A DNA stretch of 63,329 nt, filler included, from Aduncisulcus paluster (Eukaryota): assembly GCA_024181965.1 (NCBI GenBank). It is 6 parts of 6 records of this genome, joined end to end, with 100 filler letters (N's around TTAATTAATTAA, not from the genome) between each part and the next. Parts side by side here need not be neighbours in the genome. Positions count along the whole stretch, not along the records: positions 7,808 to 16,973 come from BQXS01011024.1; positions 17,074 to 22,208 come from BQXS01011026.1; positions 22,309 to 29,998 come from BQXS01011028.1; 3 more parts are not named here. One strand, given 5' to 3'. The notes beneath the pieces are model-generated. The model was not told the DNA's origin, searched no databases, and was given only the letters and a program-made list of their open reading frames with translations. Positions 11,200 to 23,189 of the stretch are shown piece after piece; within the stretch, counting starts at the first letter, position 1; every line of letters begins with the position of its first letter. Both the position numbers and the translations under genes were made by a program.

Positions 11200-11955
11200 C
11201 TACTTCCTTGGTATTACTTGGTTCTCCATTCTAAATACAAGAGGACAGTAAGACTCGGCCTCAGCGACGAAGAGTGCGGCGTCGGCGACTTCCTTGGGAA
11301 TGATCATTTTCTCCATGTCAAATGAGTCAATGTATGCCAATAGATCGGTTGAAACACAGCCAGGGTGGATGGAACACACTTTGATACCCTCAGTACGAAC
11401 TTCCTTGAACACACACTTGGCAAAACCAAGGAGACCAGCCTTAGATGTGCCGTATGCAGAATAGATTCCAGGGCATTCGAAAGCGGCGCTAGAATTCAAG
11501 TAGAGCAAGCAACCGATACGGTCGAGACCAGCCTTGTCACGAGCTTCCTGGCCCTTGATGATCAGAGGAGTGATACGGGCTGTCAACATCATGGGGATCT
11601 GAAGGTTGAGCTTGATGACTCTTTCCATGGAAGCAAGGGTCTGCTCGGTGCATTCACTACCAACAGGAGTCTCGGTGAAGCATCCAGCATTGCACACGAA
11701 GATATCAATGCCATCCTTGCAAGCATCGACAATACCGTCGAGAGATCCAGACAACAAATCGACGGCAACAAAGTTAACGGAGGAAGCGCCTTGGCTCAAA
11801 CATTCCTTCTTGGCCTCTTCAAGCTCGGACACTTTTCTACCAACAAGGATCAGGTGTGCTTGCCAACGCTTGCTGAAACTCAGAGCAATCTCTTTACCAA
11901 TACCTTTGGTTCCACCGGTGATCAAAACTTTACAATTCTTCAAATCTTTTCCCAT
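11200..11955 (-). CDS. Classical short-chain dehydrogenase/reductase (SDR)
   Basis: TGGTKGIG Rossmann motif, NAG, NSS, YGTSK (YxxxK), IHPGCVST; GC3-rich codons suggest high expression. Confidence 0.93.
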   Translation of the reverse strand: MGKDLKNCKVLITGGTKGIGKEIALSFSKRWQAHLILVGRKVSELEEAKKECLSQGASSVNFVAVDLLSGSLDGIVDACKDGIDIFVCNAGCFTETPVGSECTEQTLASMERVIKLNLQIPMMLTARITPLIIKGQEARDKAGLDRIGCLLYLNSSAAFECPGIYSAYGTSKAGLLGFAKCVFKEVRTEGIKVCSIHPGCVSTDLLAYIDSFDMEKMIIPKEVADAALFVAEAESYCPLVFRMENQVIPRK

Positions 11956-11996
11956 CTTTAAATGCAAATAAACAAAATTCTTAAATGTTTGATGCC

Positions 11997-12871
11997 AAGA
12001 AGAAGCAAAAGAGATTCATTCTATAGAACATGTCAATCTCTTTGAATTGTCCATATCAAAGTGTTTAAATTGTTATTTAATCAATGGGTCTATTTAGTAT
12101 TTCTCGCTAGATCTTGGAATTATCTTCTCAATGGTTTATATTGCTTTTTTTGCCCATAGAAGTATTTTGGGAGGTAAAATTCCAAATATGACTGAGGAAT
12201 GTGACGATTATGAATATTTAGAAGCAGGATCTGGTAAGGATATCCATGCTTTCCCGAATTATGAAACTGTCACCCAAACCTTTTTATTAGTGTCTCAAGA
12301 TGCAATTTATGGCAAAAAACCTTACCTTGGAAAACGTAAACACCTTGATGGCGATACAAAAAGAATGACTGGACCGTATGAATTTCTTTCGTATGCCGAA
12401 GTACGTGATATTTGTCTTAAGATNNNNNNNNNNNNNNNNNNNNAAGAAGAAGCAAAAGAGATTCATTCTATAGAACATGTCAATCTCTTTGAATTGTCCA
12501 TATCAAAGTGTTTAAATTGTTATTTAATCAATGGGTCTATTTAGTATTTCTCGCTAGATCTTGGAATTATCTTCTCAATGGTTTATATTGCTTTTTTTTG
12601 CCCATAGAAGTATTTTGGGAGGTAAAATTCCAAATATGACTGAGGAATGTGACGATTATGAATATTTAGAAGCAGGATCTGGTAAGGATATCCATGCTTT
12701 CCCGAATTATGAAACTGTCACCCAAACCTTTTTATTAGTGTCTCAAGATGCAATTTATGGCAAAAAACCTTACCTTGGAAAACGTAAACACCTTGATGGC
12801 GATACAAAAAGAATGACTGGACCGTATGAATTTCTTTCGTATGCCGAAGTACGTGATATTTGTCTTAAGAT
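11997..12871. repeat. Overlap duplication around a 20-N gap (assembly artefact; same pattern at 31563-32017, 36406-37225, 39385-39714, 45541-46188, 52171-52714)
   Basis: Sequence right of each 20-N gap restarts with a near-exact copy of the sequence left of it; collapsing the copies restores single reading frames. Confidence 0.92.
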
Positions 12872-15518
12872 TTGCTATGGTTTTGATTGTCTTGGAATTT
12901 CTGGAGTAGATCAATATTCTAATCCAAAAATATTTGATCCAACAACTAAAAAAGTTATTCCAAGCTTAGATTACGAGTCTAGACCCAAAGTTGCTATAAT
13001 CAGCCACAGTTGTATTGGATGGACTCTACTCGATCACGCCTGTCATTTAGGTGGTATTATATCCATTCCCGTCTACGACACTTCCAGTCCCTCAGATATC
13101 CAATACATGATCAACCAGTCCGATGCCGAAGCTATTTGTGTTTCTCCGGAGTTTTCTCGAATTTTCCCAATCATATTCGAGTGTACGAAGGTTAAATACG
13201 TTATTGTTATGGATGAAGATGAGAAAAAACAAAAATGGGTCCGGGATAGAGAAATGCTCTTCCAGGATTCATTTATACGTTTGCTAAATGAAAGATACCC
13301 AACTATTTTTGCATCTAAACCACCAGATGTATCTGTTTTGAACACCATTGTCTCATCTATCCGAAGAAACCTTGAACATCCCAAGACCTGTGGTAGTTGC
13401 TGTGATCTTCCACCTCAATCTGCTTCTGGAGTTGATTCCACCCTTCATGCTCCATCTTCCCAAGCTGCAGATGAAGAAGAAAAGGATAGGAAGGATAAGG
13501 TTAGAGATAGGAAGAGAAAAGAAGAAGATCGTCCGTCTGTTAGTGTTGTACCATCCTTAGGAGACGGACCAAAGAAGAAGGAGGTAAAACAGTCAACCAA
13601 ACCTTCCTCTTCTTCCACTTCTTCCTCTTCCACTTCTTCCTCTTCCACTTCAAACGCATCTGATGTTACTGTATTTGGACCTGTAGATGAGGATATAACA
13701 ACCTTTGTGGCATCCGGAAGAAGGTTCTTGACTCTTTCTCAATTACAAGCCCTTGGAGGATCTCTCAAAGTCCCATTGTCCTCTCACACAATGCGTCGTA
13801 TCTTATCGAATTCATTGCCTACTGATACCATTGATGATTGCAGGTGCAGAGAGAAAGAGGAATATCTTTCAGGTGGACATGAATATAGATTTAAAGGTTC
13901 TCAGGTTGGGAGGCCCCAGGGTCAGACTAAAGCTGATGATGATAGCAAATCCAAGAGTACACAGGTCGATATAAGAGAGCAATGTCTGATGAAATATCAT
14001 CCTTTACCGACTCCAGAACATGTATACACCGTTGTGTTCACGTCTGGGTCAACAGGGACCCCCAGTGGTGCAGTTCTCACTCATTCTGGAATCATGGGTT
14101 CTGTGTGGAGGTGGCAGCAACGTTTCCTACAGTCAGATCAGCACACATATCTCTCCTACTTGCCTCTATCGCATGTTTATGAGAGGATATTGTCCCTTAT
14201 AGCTCCAGTGAAGGCTACAAAGGTTGCTTTCTTTGGAGGAAGTATTGGAGGACTCACCAGCGATATGATGGCATCGAAACCAACACAATTGGCCGTCGTT
14301 CCAAGAGTTTTGGAGAAGATTCATGACGGAATTCTTAGTGAAGTTAGAAAAAAAGGTCGAATTGTCTCTGGTATTTTTAATTTCTGTTTCTGGTTACAGC
14401 AAAAAAGTATCTGGCGTCGTAAACGTCGCTCTGTTATCTGTGATAAGCTTGTTTTTGATCAGATTCAGAAGAAAACTGGTGGGTTATTGAAGACTATTTG
14501 TTGTGGAAGTGCTCCCGTGTCTCCTGAGTTGGCCATTTTCATTCGGGTCGTTCTTGGGAGTGGAATAATAGAAGGATACGGGAGCTCAGAGACCATTGGA
14601 GCCGTGAGTTCACTTGAGTTTGGTTCAGGCTTTGAGAATTATGGGTCTGTTGGTGAGCCTATGAGTGGAAACAGTATTCGTCTTGCCAGTGTGCCATCTT
14701 TGGGTTATTCAGTCAAACCGACTATTTCTCACCGTCACACCTTACCCCGAGGAGAGATTCTCATCCGAGGAGTTGGTCTATTTGATCACTACCTGAAGAA
14801 TCCAACCCTCACTAAAAATGCATTCACTTCTGATGGTTGGTTGAAGACAGGGGATGTCGGAGAAATGCAACCCAATGGAAGCATCACTATCGTTGACCGA
14901 ATTAAAGCATTTTTCAAGACTTCCCAGGGTGAATTCGTTGCCAGTGAACCTATTGAAGTGAGCATCAGGAAGAGTATGTTCGTTGAACAAGTGTTTGTGA
15001 CAGCTAGAAGTACTGAGAGTCATCTTGTGGCTGTAATTGTTCCTTCAGAGCCAGAGATTCGCAAAGTCCATCCTCTTTTAAATGGTACTGACACATCAAC
15101 CTTATCCTTGAGTGAAATATTGCAGTACAAATCAGTCCAAGAATCTATATTTGTGTCGATCCTTCGTCATTGCAAAGAAGACAAGCTTAGAGGCTTTGAA
15201 ATGCCCCGTTATATCGTTCTGGACCCAATCGTTTGGTTACCCCAAAGCATGCTTGTGAGTGCTGCACTGAAAGTACGAAGAGTTGTCTGCAAAGAGTATT
15301 ACGAACCTTCCGTTGATCTCGTTTATAAACTATCCAAGGCATCAGTGTCTTCAAGTTCAGGCGAGGGAAGCAAGAAGAAGAAAGAAGAAGAGGAAGGTTG
15401 TCGGAAAGAGAGAGTTTTTGATTTCCATGGAAGACAGCTCGTTGCCGTAGTCGATACTCGTGCCCATGAAGTCAGAGAGGTGATAAAAGGAAAGATTAAA
15501 AGAACTCGCAAGATCTGA
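12636..15518 (+). CDS. Long-chain fatty acyl-CoA synthetase (ACSL/FAA family) with a long low-complexity insertion
   Basis: VFTSGSTGTPSG AMP-binding loop, YLSYLPLSHVYER, VVPRVLEKI, EGYGSSET, GEILIRG, GWLKTGDVG, DRIKAFFKTSQGEFV. Confidence 0.94.
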   Translation: MTEECDDYEYLEAGSGKDIHAFPNYETVTQTFLLVSQDAIYGKKPYLGKRKHLDGDTKRMTGPYEFLSYAEVRDICLKICYGFDCLGISGVDQYSNPKIFDPTTKKVIPSLDYESRPKVAIISHSCIGWTLLDHACHLGGIISIPVYDTSSPSDIQYMINQSDAEAICVSPEFSRIFPIIFECTKVKYVIVMDEDEKKQKWVRDREMLFQDSFIRLLNERYPTIFASKPPDVSVLNTIVSSIRRNLEHPKTCGSCCDLPPQSASGVDSTLHAPSSQAADEEEKDRKDKVRDRKRKEEDRPSVSVVPSLGDGPKKKEVKQSTKPSSSSTSSSSTSSSSTSNASDVTVFGPVDEDITTFVASGRRFLTLSQLQALGGSLKVPLSSHTMRRILSNSLPTDTIDDCRCREKEEYLSGGHEYRFKGSQVGRPQGQTKADDDSKSKSTQVDIREQCLMKYHPLPTPEHVYTVVFTSGSTGTPSGAVLTHSGIMGSVWRWQQRFLQSDQHTYLSYLPLSHVYERILSLIAPVKATKVAFFGGSIGGLTSDMMASKPTQLAVVPRVLEKIHDGILSEVRKKGRIVSGIFNFCFWLQQKSIWRRKRRSVICDKLVFDQIQKKTGGLLKTICCGSAPVSPELAIFIRVVLGSGIIEGYGSSETIGAVSSLEFGSGFENYGSVGEPMSGNSIRLASVPSLGYSVKPTISHRHTLPRGEILIRGVGLFDHYLKNPTLTKNAFTSDGWLKTGDVGEMQPNGSITIVDRIKAFFKTSQGEFVASEPIEVSIRKSMFVEQVFVTARSTESHLVAVIVPSEPEIRKVHPLLNGTDTSTLSLSEILQYKSVQESIFVSILRHCKEDKLRGFEMPRYIVLDPIVWLPQSMLVSAALKVRRVVCKEYYEPSVDLVYKLSKASVSSSSGEGSKKKKEEEEGCRKERVFDFHGRQLVAVVDTRAHEVREVIKGKIKRTRKI

Positions 15519-16597
15519 ATCGAGAATCAAGTCTAATTATGATTGTACTTGAAAGAAAGGGACATTGTAGAAATGCGGAGGGAGCTTAGATATTCTTCTT
15601 GTTATTCAAGGATAAATATAAGATAATTTGTTTGATTAGAATAGCATCAATCTTAATGCTATCATCCTATACTATAGTATATTGTACAATCTATAGATAT
15701 TTATTTCTTGCTCCTTATCTAAGAAATCAATTTTTTTTTTTTAAGTTATTTTTTTTTGTTTCGTTTTTTTATTTTTTTTTGTCTACTCAATTTTTTTTTT
15801 TTTTTTGATTATTATTTTCAATGAATAATTGCTTTAAATGTCGTTCCTTGCACGTGTAGTTGGTTTTCCACTCTGAAAGTGACCTTAATTAGTTTCTTGA
15901 CAAATTTGAATAACAACATAATCCGTTGTTACTCCCTGATTTTGAGAATAAACCAGATATTTTCTCTCAATGACTCAACGGATAAAACTTTGTCCCGGAC
16001 AAAAAATCAAATTGATTTCCGAGATAGAAACAAAATTTCAAGAAAATAGTAGCGAGCCAAGGAAATTACTATCTTGTCTTTACAAAGACATTTTAACGCA
16101 GTATTAGATCAAATATTGGCTTTGTTTTAATAAAAAGTTTCGTACACCTCTGCTGACACGGATAATTGCAAAGCAAGTTCTGCATTAGTTCTGCTCATTT
16201 TCATTCATTTATAATGCATATTAACCTTTACACATCTAAGTGCGATTGGAAAAAATCGAGAAAACTCCGAATCCACCCAAAAAATGTTCAGTATAAGACA
16301 AGAATTGGATATATGATGATTGGAGGTGGTGAAGACAGGAAGATATAAAATTATGTAACCTAAATGATGAAATATATCATTAATATCTATTCTATTTCTT
16401 CAGCATGGCAAAATCAAGAAAATACTTTTGAAAATTATTATGAAAGCTATGACGTTGTTTTCGAGAAAAAAAAAATTCAATTTAATATTTTGGATAGTAA
16501 TTCTTTTATAATAGAGATGAATTAACATATTCCAAAATTTCTATTTTGAGTTTTCAGTTGATGATCTCGAAATGACATTTCATTTTTGTTCAACGCT

Positions 16598-16973
16598 ATG
16601 GCCCTTACTACCGTTAAACAACTCCTTGACCACGCCAAAAAACACAAATACGGTGTTGGTGCTTACAATGTCAACAACATGGAAAACATTCAGGCCATCA
16701 TGAAGGCTGCTTCTGAAACTAGATCCCCCGTGATCATCCAAGCTTCCCGTGGTGCCCTCAAGTACACAAATTTCACTTACTTGAAACATTTGATGTACGC
16801 TGCTGTTGAAGAGAACCCTGACATCCCTGTTGCTCTCCATCTCGACCATGGTGACACCCTCGACTCTGTCAAGAAGGCCATTGCTATTGGATTCACCTCT
16901 GTTATGATTGATGCTTCTCACCACTCTTTCGAGGAGAATGTTCGTATCACCAAGGAAGTTGTTGAGTACGCTC
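16598..16973 (+). CDS. FBA: Class II fructose-1,6-bisphosphate aldolase, 3' partial
   Basis: YGVGAYNVNNMENIQAI, SPVIIQASRGALKY, ALHLDHG, FTSVMIDASH; truncated by the linker. Confidence 0.95.
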
Positions 16974-17917
16974 NNNNNNNNNNNNNNNNNNNNNNNNNNN
17001 NNNNNNNNNNNNNNNNNTTAATTAATTAANNNNNNNNNNNNNNNNNNNNNNNNNNNNNNNNNNNNNNNNNNNNGAGGAAATTATTGTTGAACGATTATCT
17101 CTTCTTCCGTGGAAATAATCTCATTGTGATATTATCTCCCAATGTTCAATGTCTTCTTGCCTGTCTTATCAAAATATACTTTTTATTAATTAGTTTTTAT
17201 CATCCAATGGACTTCGGAGGAGTTCTTCTTGTTCTTGTGGCTTGCATTCATTCCTCTCTCACGTGTTCTGAAGAAGATGCTTCGTTTGATCGCATACAAA
17301 ACTGTTGTGAAGGATTGTTGGAGTTTATAAAGTGCAACTCAAGTTGTCTACAAATCACAAATGTTTCAACCATATCTCTCGTCCTCTTTACCAGTCATTA
17401 TTGGCTTCTTAACAAGTACTCATTCAATATTATGTTTTTAGAAAAGTAGAGAAAGTTTCTTTGATGAATTACGGAAACCAATTGGAAGGATCCTTTCCTC
17501 ACTATGCACTACCCTTGATGACCTGTTACAACAAGCACATCAACTCCAGAAAAACGAAACTTATGCAGCCTATATGTGGAACGCTTTCAGAGAACATAAA
17601 TGGTCTGAGATGGGCGACCTTTATATTGTGCTGAGTTCTCTATCATTTTATTTTTTCTATTTTCCATTGATTTTGACTCAATACATGCAATTTATCCCCA
17701 TTTTCTACGACATTTCTTCGTTTTCTATGGGTTTTGAAAAGTGGAATTCTAAAAATAGAATTTCTAAAAATAGAAATGTAAAAAATATTTTTGTTCCTTT
17801 CGCGTCATACGTGTCATTTATATTGGATTTTCTTCCCAGAAGTTGTGATTTATGGTAGTTTTGAATATTCTGAAATTGTGTTGAATAGTTTGATTGTCTA
17901 TAGTTTCGGCTCCAATT

Positions 17918-18535
17918 AAACATATATTCTGGGCTGATTGAGAGATATTTGTTCTCACAAGGAAGTGTTTAGAACGTTATCTCCATCAATATGAAGTGCA
18001 TTAAAAGATAAATAAACCACGAACTGCTGTTCGTTGACTTTCTTCAAATGGAAAGGGAATTGAGATTCCAAAATATTTGTTGCTTCAATTCGACAAGAAT
18101 GAGGAACCAAGCGATTTTCCACACTATTTTACTCGAATAAACCCTCAATGAAAAGATATGAATATCCATCATACAATCATTGTATTACAATGTATGGCAT
18201 GATTTACATCATGTCTGGTAGAAATCGTTATGAAAGAGACTGATTCACCTGAAATTCTGATTCTGAAAAATTAAAGATTTGATCTTGTTTTTTTAAGAAA
18301 CTTTAAATAATTTTTCCATCATCTCAAATGGAGATTATTGGTGTTTGTGGCCCTTATCAAAAGATGCCAATATTTGCTTGGATACCTTGAAGATCATGGC
18401 ATTTCAATCACATTCCATCACGTATATGCCCATCAATCATACTCCCATTCAATGTCCGTGAGAGATATGTTTGAAGCAGAAAACAATGCAATCGTTGATA
18501 GGGAAGCTTCGAGGGCTGCATCACGAGGATGGTGA
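17918..18535 (+). mobile_element. Degenerate non-LTR (LINE-like) retroelement remnant: RT C-terminal motifs plus RNase H tail
   Basis: One frame reads KHIFWAD*EIFVL...*KINKPRTAV..NGKGIEIPKYLL (cf. FADD, LKINxxKT, KYLG). 18338-18535 reads ISITFHHVYAH...NNAIVDREA (RNase H HVxAH..N..VD..A). Multiple stops. Confidence 0.6.
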
Positions 18536-18640
18536 GTGGACACCAATGGATTTCGATTGCTTCCCATGGGCAGCATGTTGATGCATATCTATTGATAAAA
18601 TATACGCGGAACAGTAATAGGTCAAACATCAGCATGAAGG

Positions 18641-21600
18641 CTATTCTCGGAACTTTGAGAAGATGGTAGATGGAGGAACACCACTATCTGTACCAAACAA
18701 TTTGTAATATCCATTTAACAAGTCCTTTCCATGTTGCCAAGCCTTGTCAGCAAATACTTCATCACATATCTCACATAGATCCTGACAACTATCCCCAACA
18801 TGGCCCTTGCGTTTTCTCCCACCAGTGCGTTGACGATATTCGATCTCATCTCCGTCAAATCCGACAAAAACATTCATATAGAAACGCATCCCTTCCAATC
18901 GTTTAAGGATCCTTGCACGAATTACCTCAGCATCAATCTCACGGTGCACTTGGATCTGCATACTGTTCCGAGCAAAGTTCACAAATGTGTGGATAGCCTC
19001 GTATGGTGCAATGGAAGCCAATATCTCTTTCTCTGGATACACCAAAGCCACATCAACATACCACATTCCTTCACACCCGACATCAGCACCCAGAACGACA
19101 TGAGACTTAAGAATATCAACCTCATCAATCACCCCATACACGCCAAGTACAGGAGGGTGAAATGGAGTTGATCTTCCACTCTCATGAATGGATGCAACAT
19201 AGGTAGAGGAAGAAGAAGTAGAGGGGCTTATGGTAGAACGATCAGTCTGAAGGATTCCTGCAGCAGCAGCAAACAATTCAGCCAATCCCGATGTCTTCTT
19301 CTTTGTAGAACCCATCTTGGTTCTTTGAGAAGAACCAGATTCGATAGACCCTGAAATAGAGCTTGGCGAGGCTTCTTCGAGTCTTCTTTTGGCAATGTCA
19401 CAGGCAGCAGTGCATGCATACATTATTATCCGACCCTCACTATCAACATCATGGCCATGGGAAGGAAATCCTGGATTCTCAGGACAACTTCCACACTTGA
19501 CAGTGATCTTGATAGCACCACATTTGCAAGTTAAGATAACAGGAGCTTCACACTTCTTGTCTTCACAGGGATCCTCATGACATCTATATTGACACTTATG
19601 ACCACAATCTTTCCTGATTGTATTGCAGTCCTGAGAACATAAGAATCGTCCACTCTCCGTTTCTGTCAGAATCATTTTTGATCCACCAAAACAAGGTCCA
19701 GCATGACATTTACGACCGCACTTATGCCGACCGCACTTAAGGAGTTTGTTGCATTTTTCATTGCATATTACATTCTTTGGATCATCCCCACACTTGATTT
19801 TAACCATATTCTCATGCCCTCCGACACAAGGAACTTCATAATATCTCCCACAGCCACGTAAAGACGAGGAACAAAGATATTTGTCTCGCAGGACAACAGC
19901 TCCACAATCACATCTCAGCGGTTTATCTATCATCGTAGAGCAAGGAGGGCAGGGAGAGTCACCATGACAGAATGATAAACATTTATGCCCACACGGCAAC
20001 TCCTTCCCGCATTGTCGAATACACTCATGTTGGTCTTTCCCGCCGGGACAGCATGTAACATTGCACACATGAGCACCACAGCTCATCTTACGCCTGCATA
20101 CATGTGTACAGAGGACTGGAGGAAGCACTGGCGGAGCACTCTGGAAATACTTTACAAGCGGATAGAAGAGGGAGAGGATGGGCTTGAATGGGAAATGGTT
20201 GAACAGGATCGAAACCAATGTGTGAGCAAGGAAGAAAGAATGGTCACTGGGATCTGCTGAAGGAACGACTGAATCCGAAGTAGCAGTTGCACAGTCAGCT
20301 CCAATAAGAAAGGTAACAAAAGAAGTGTGAAGAAGTTCTCCAATCTTGGCAAAATCACGCGATTTTGAAACATCTGAGTGCTTCCTTCCAACATCTTTCA
20401 ACACATTAACCCAGATATTATGAGAATTATTAATGCACCAACATTGTTTCTTCACCTTCTCTCTTCCACATCGGCATCGAGCACTCGTTTGGGATGTACA
20501 TGGAGGGAACACCTTTGATAGAAGATCTGCGACAATTGAATGGATATTCGGAGAATCGCTGAGAGTGGATATGGTTCCCTTTTCTCCGGTTGAAGAAAAA
20601 TCACTCCCACCAGACTTGGATGATGCATGGCGTGATGATCTTTTTTGTAACTTTCCACCACAAATGCAGAGAGAAACATACCATAGGAACAGTTTATACA
20701 CAGTTCCGATACGGCCAGGGATTAATGTTTCCAGCAAGGAAGAACTCTTTGGGAGTGCAGTTTTCTCTTCAATACTTGAGGGAAGGGATACCGATTCCTC
20801 CTTCTCTCCTTCCGATACCACAATTGATGGTTTTGGGCCGCTACCAAGCAAATGTCCACACCTATAGGAGCAGGAATTTCCATTGTTGAATTGTGACAAA
20901 AGGGAAACAATATCTTCAAAGGAATGGGAAGCCTTCCCTTTCAGAGATGGAATTCCTGGAAGACAAGCATAATGGGGATTGAGGTGACGAATATTCTGAG
21001 GATTGTGACATATCAAAGGACATACAAATCCATTGGAGCTTTTGTGTGCACAAGAACACCCACAGCTGTAAGCTCTTCGGTAATATTTGTTGCCTATCTT
21101 CGCCTCATTCTTGTCTTGATAGAAGGCTACCTCATGCTCAACAACATCAAGAGTGGACACGGATGAGGAATCTTGTTGTTTGTCCTTGCTCTTTGTTTTA
21201 CCTGCTCTCTTGGCTTTCGTTCTTCTCTCCCTCTTCTTGGGATCTTCTTCAAACCATTCGAGAAGACCACAGACAGCATCTCCTTCTCGTTGACGGCAGA
21301 AGCACGAAACATTAGATATTTTTTCACAACAGGGAAGGCAAGAGGATATATGACACGGGAGATGACAAACATGAGTGTCAATTGTCTCGAGAAGAGTCTT
21401 GGAATCTTTGAAAGATCTTCCTTTCGATTGAATCATTTCAATTAATCTGTTTTGAGAGCACAAGAAGGGTTGTAAAGGTTTCTGACAACGTGATAAGCAC
21501 ACAAGGGATGATTCTTGGGGGGAAACAGATAGATAGTTCAACAAACAGCCAACATATGTGGATTCTGCAAGATGGAGCACAGATTTGGGAAGAGAAACGG

Positions 21601-22208
21601 ACATATCTTCACAGCTACGAAGAAGAAATCTGCTAATATCCCATGGTTCAATTGTCTGTTGAGTGGATTTGTCTTTCCGACTCCCATATACCATCCATGA
21701 ACTCACTTCAGAACACCATTGTCGTTTCAAATTAAGCCATTCTCCAGAGTAACCATCACTTCCACCAGCTCTCCTCTCTCTTTCACGCACGGAAGCAATA
21801 ATCTCACATCCAACTTCCCTTGGTTCCTTACCACACATACATTGACAAGAGTGTGGAGGAGCAGAACAGGAATAACACTCACCAGGATGACAAGGAAGTC
21901 TACAACGATGTAAACCACAGTCTAACACTTTACCACAGATGTTTCCACATGAGTGAGGAAAGGAAGAATCGTGCAAATGACTGGTTCTCAAAATAGCCTT
22001 GGACTTTGTGGATTTCTTGCCCCCACGCCTGTCAAAATCAGTAATATGCTGAGTTGTGGCACCACAGTAACAGCTAGAAGTAGTGGTTGACTCGTCACTT
22101 TGGGGAAATTTGTGACGACACGAAGGGCATGTCCACACTTTGGGTTGGGATGGTTTAGATCTGGGTGCTTCCTCGAGTTGAGAAGAAATAGAACGTTGGA
22201 GCTGCATT
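18641..22208 (-). CDS. NF-X1-type zinc-finger protein, 5' partial
   Basis: WTCPSCR, CYCG, PHSCGNICGKVLDCGLHRCRLPCHPGEC and many CGxH-C-xx-CH-G-C repeats. Confidence 0.9.
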
Positions 22209-22308
22209 NNNNNNNNNNNNNNNNNNNNNNNNNNNNNNNNNNNNNNNNNNNNTTAATTAATTAANNNNNNNNNNNNNNNNNNNNNNNNNNNNNNNNNNNN
22301 NNNNNNNN

Positions 22309-22932
22309 ACTCAGATCCAACGTCGTCAGCGCGGGGAGGGCTGACCCATCGGACAGGGCAAGACTCGAAAAGAACCCGGGGAACGTGACGTTCGTGCGCC
22401 CAGAGATGGAAAGCGTGGTCAGGGACGATGGGAACATGCCTTGCACAGTCACATCATAGTGATTGTCAGAGTCGAACAGAGGACTCAGGGACGACAGCTG
22501 AGTCGCCCAGTAGTCGCCAGAAGAAACGGCTCCAACAGTCAAGTACAATGCACGCAGAGACGTCAGACGCGAGAAATCAGTGTTCGGCGCAATGTCAATG
22601 TTATTCAGCGTAAGCGTCTCCAGGCTCGTGGGAAGATCATCGATGTCACTGGTGCTCAGTTGTTTGGACACAGAGTCCGTGTTGCTCACATACAGCGTCG
22701 TAAGGTTCGTCGCAGCACTCAGGCCTGCAAAGGAGTCAACAAAGTACGTGTTCAACGAGGTCAGTTGTTGAAAATCACCTGGGGTTAAGTCATCACAATG
22801 GGCTGCATGATCAAGGGTAATGCAGATGTCATTGCGAAGGTTGGCATCAACAACGTCATCATTTGTGACTAATGATGCACAAAATGGCATGACAAAAGCA
22901 ATTACAAGCAGAAAAAATAGAATTTGCTGCAT
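22309..22932 (-). CDS. Secreted internalin-like LRR protein, 3' partial; paralog of the 53.9-62.8 kb gene
   Basis: Signal peptide MQQILFFLLVIAFVMPFCAS; DANLRNDIC..CDDLT..VDSFAGLSAATNLTTL..LPTSLETLTL aligns with DSNLRSAVC..CDDLT..VDSFEGLQSAVNLTSL..LPLSLVELSL near 55400-55690. Confidence 0.8.
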
Positions 22933-23189
22933 CCAGGCGAAGGATCCAAGATGTATGAATTCTTCCAGGAAATTTCATTTTAACCCTTGAAAGAATTGCA
23001 AATTGGCGGTCGTGTCGAAAATTATCATAAATTTCTCGATTGTCATTTTGTAGGTCGGAAAAATCGTCAAATCGGAGTGGATATTCCTCATGCATATATA
23101 ATGGAATAATTATTTCTTTAAAATATTTAATATTCATAGATTTTGAATTTGCTTGCGTTTTCTTTCCGTTTTTCATTCATATCCTCCCA

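Noticed and set aside
12131-12544. Apparent short second acyl-CoA synthetase and other tandem duplicates at 20-N gaps
   Set aside because: Untrimmed contig overlaps; collapsing them restores single ORFs.
15729-15808. Long poly-T tracts and a Phe-rich ORF
   Set aside because: Ordinary low-complexity 3' or intergenic sequence.
17084-17858. Short ORFs after the linker
   Set aside because: Possibly decayed coding DNA, but no assignable motif.
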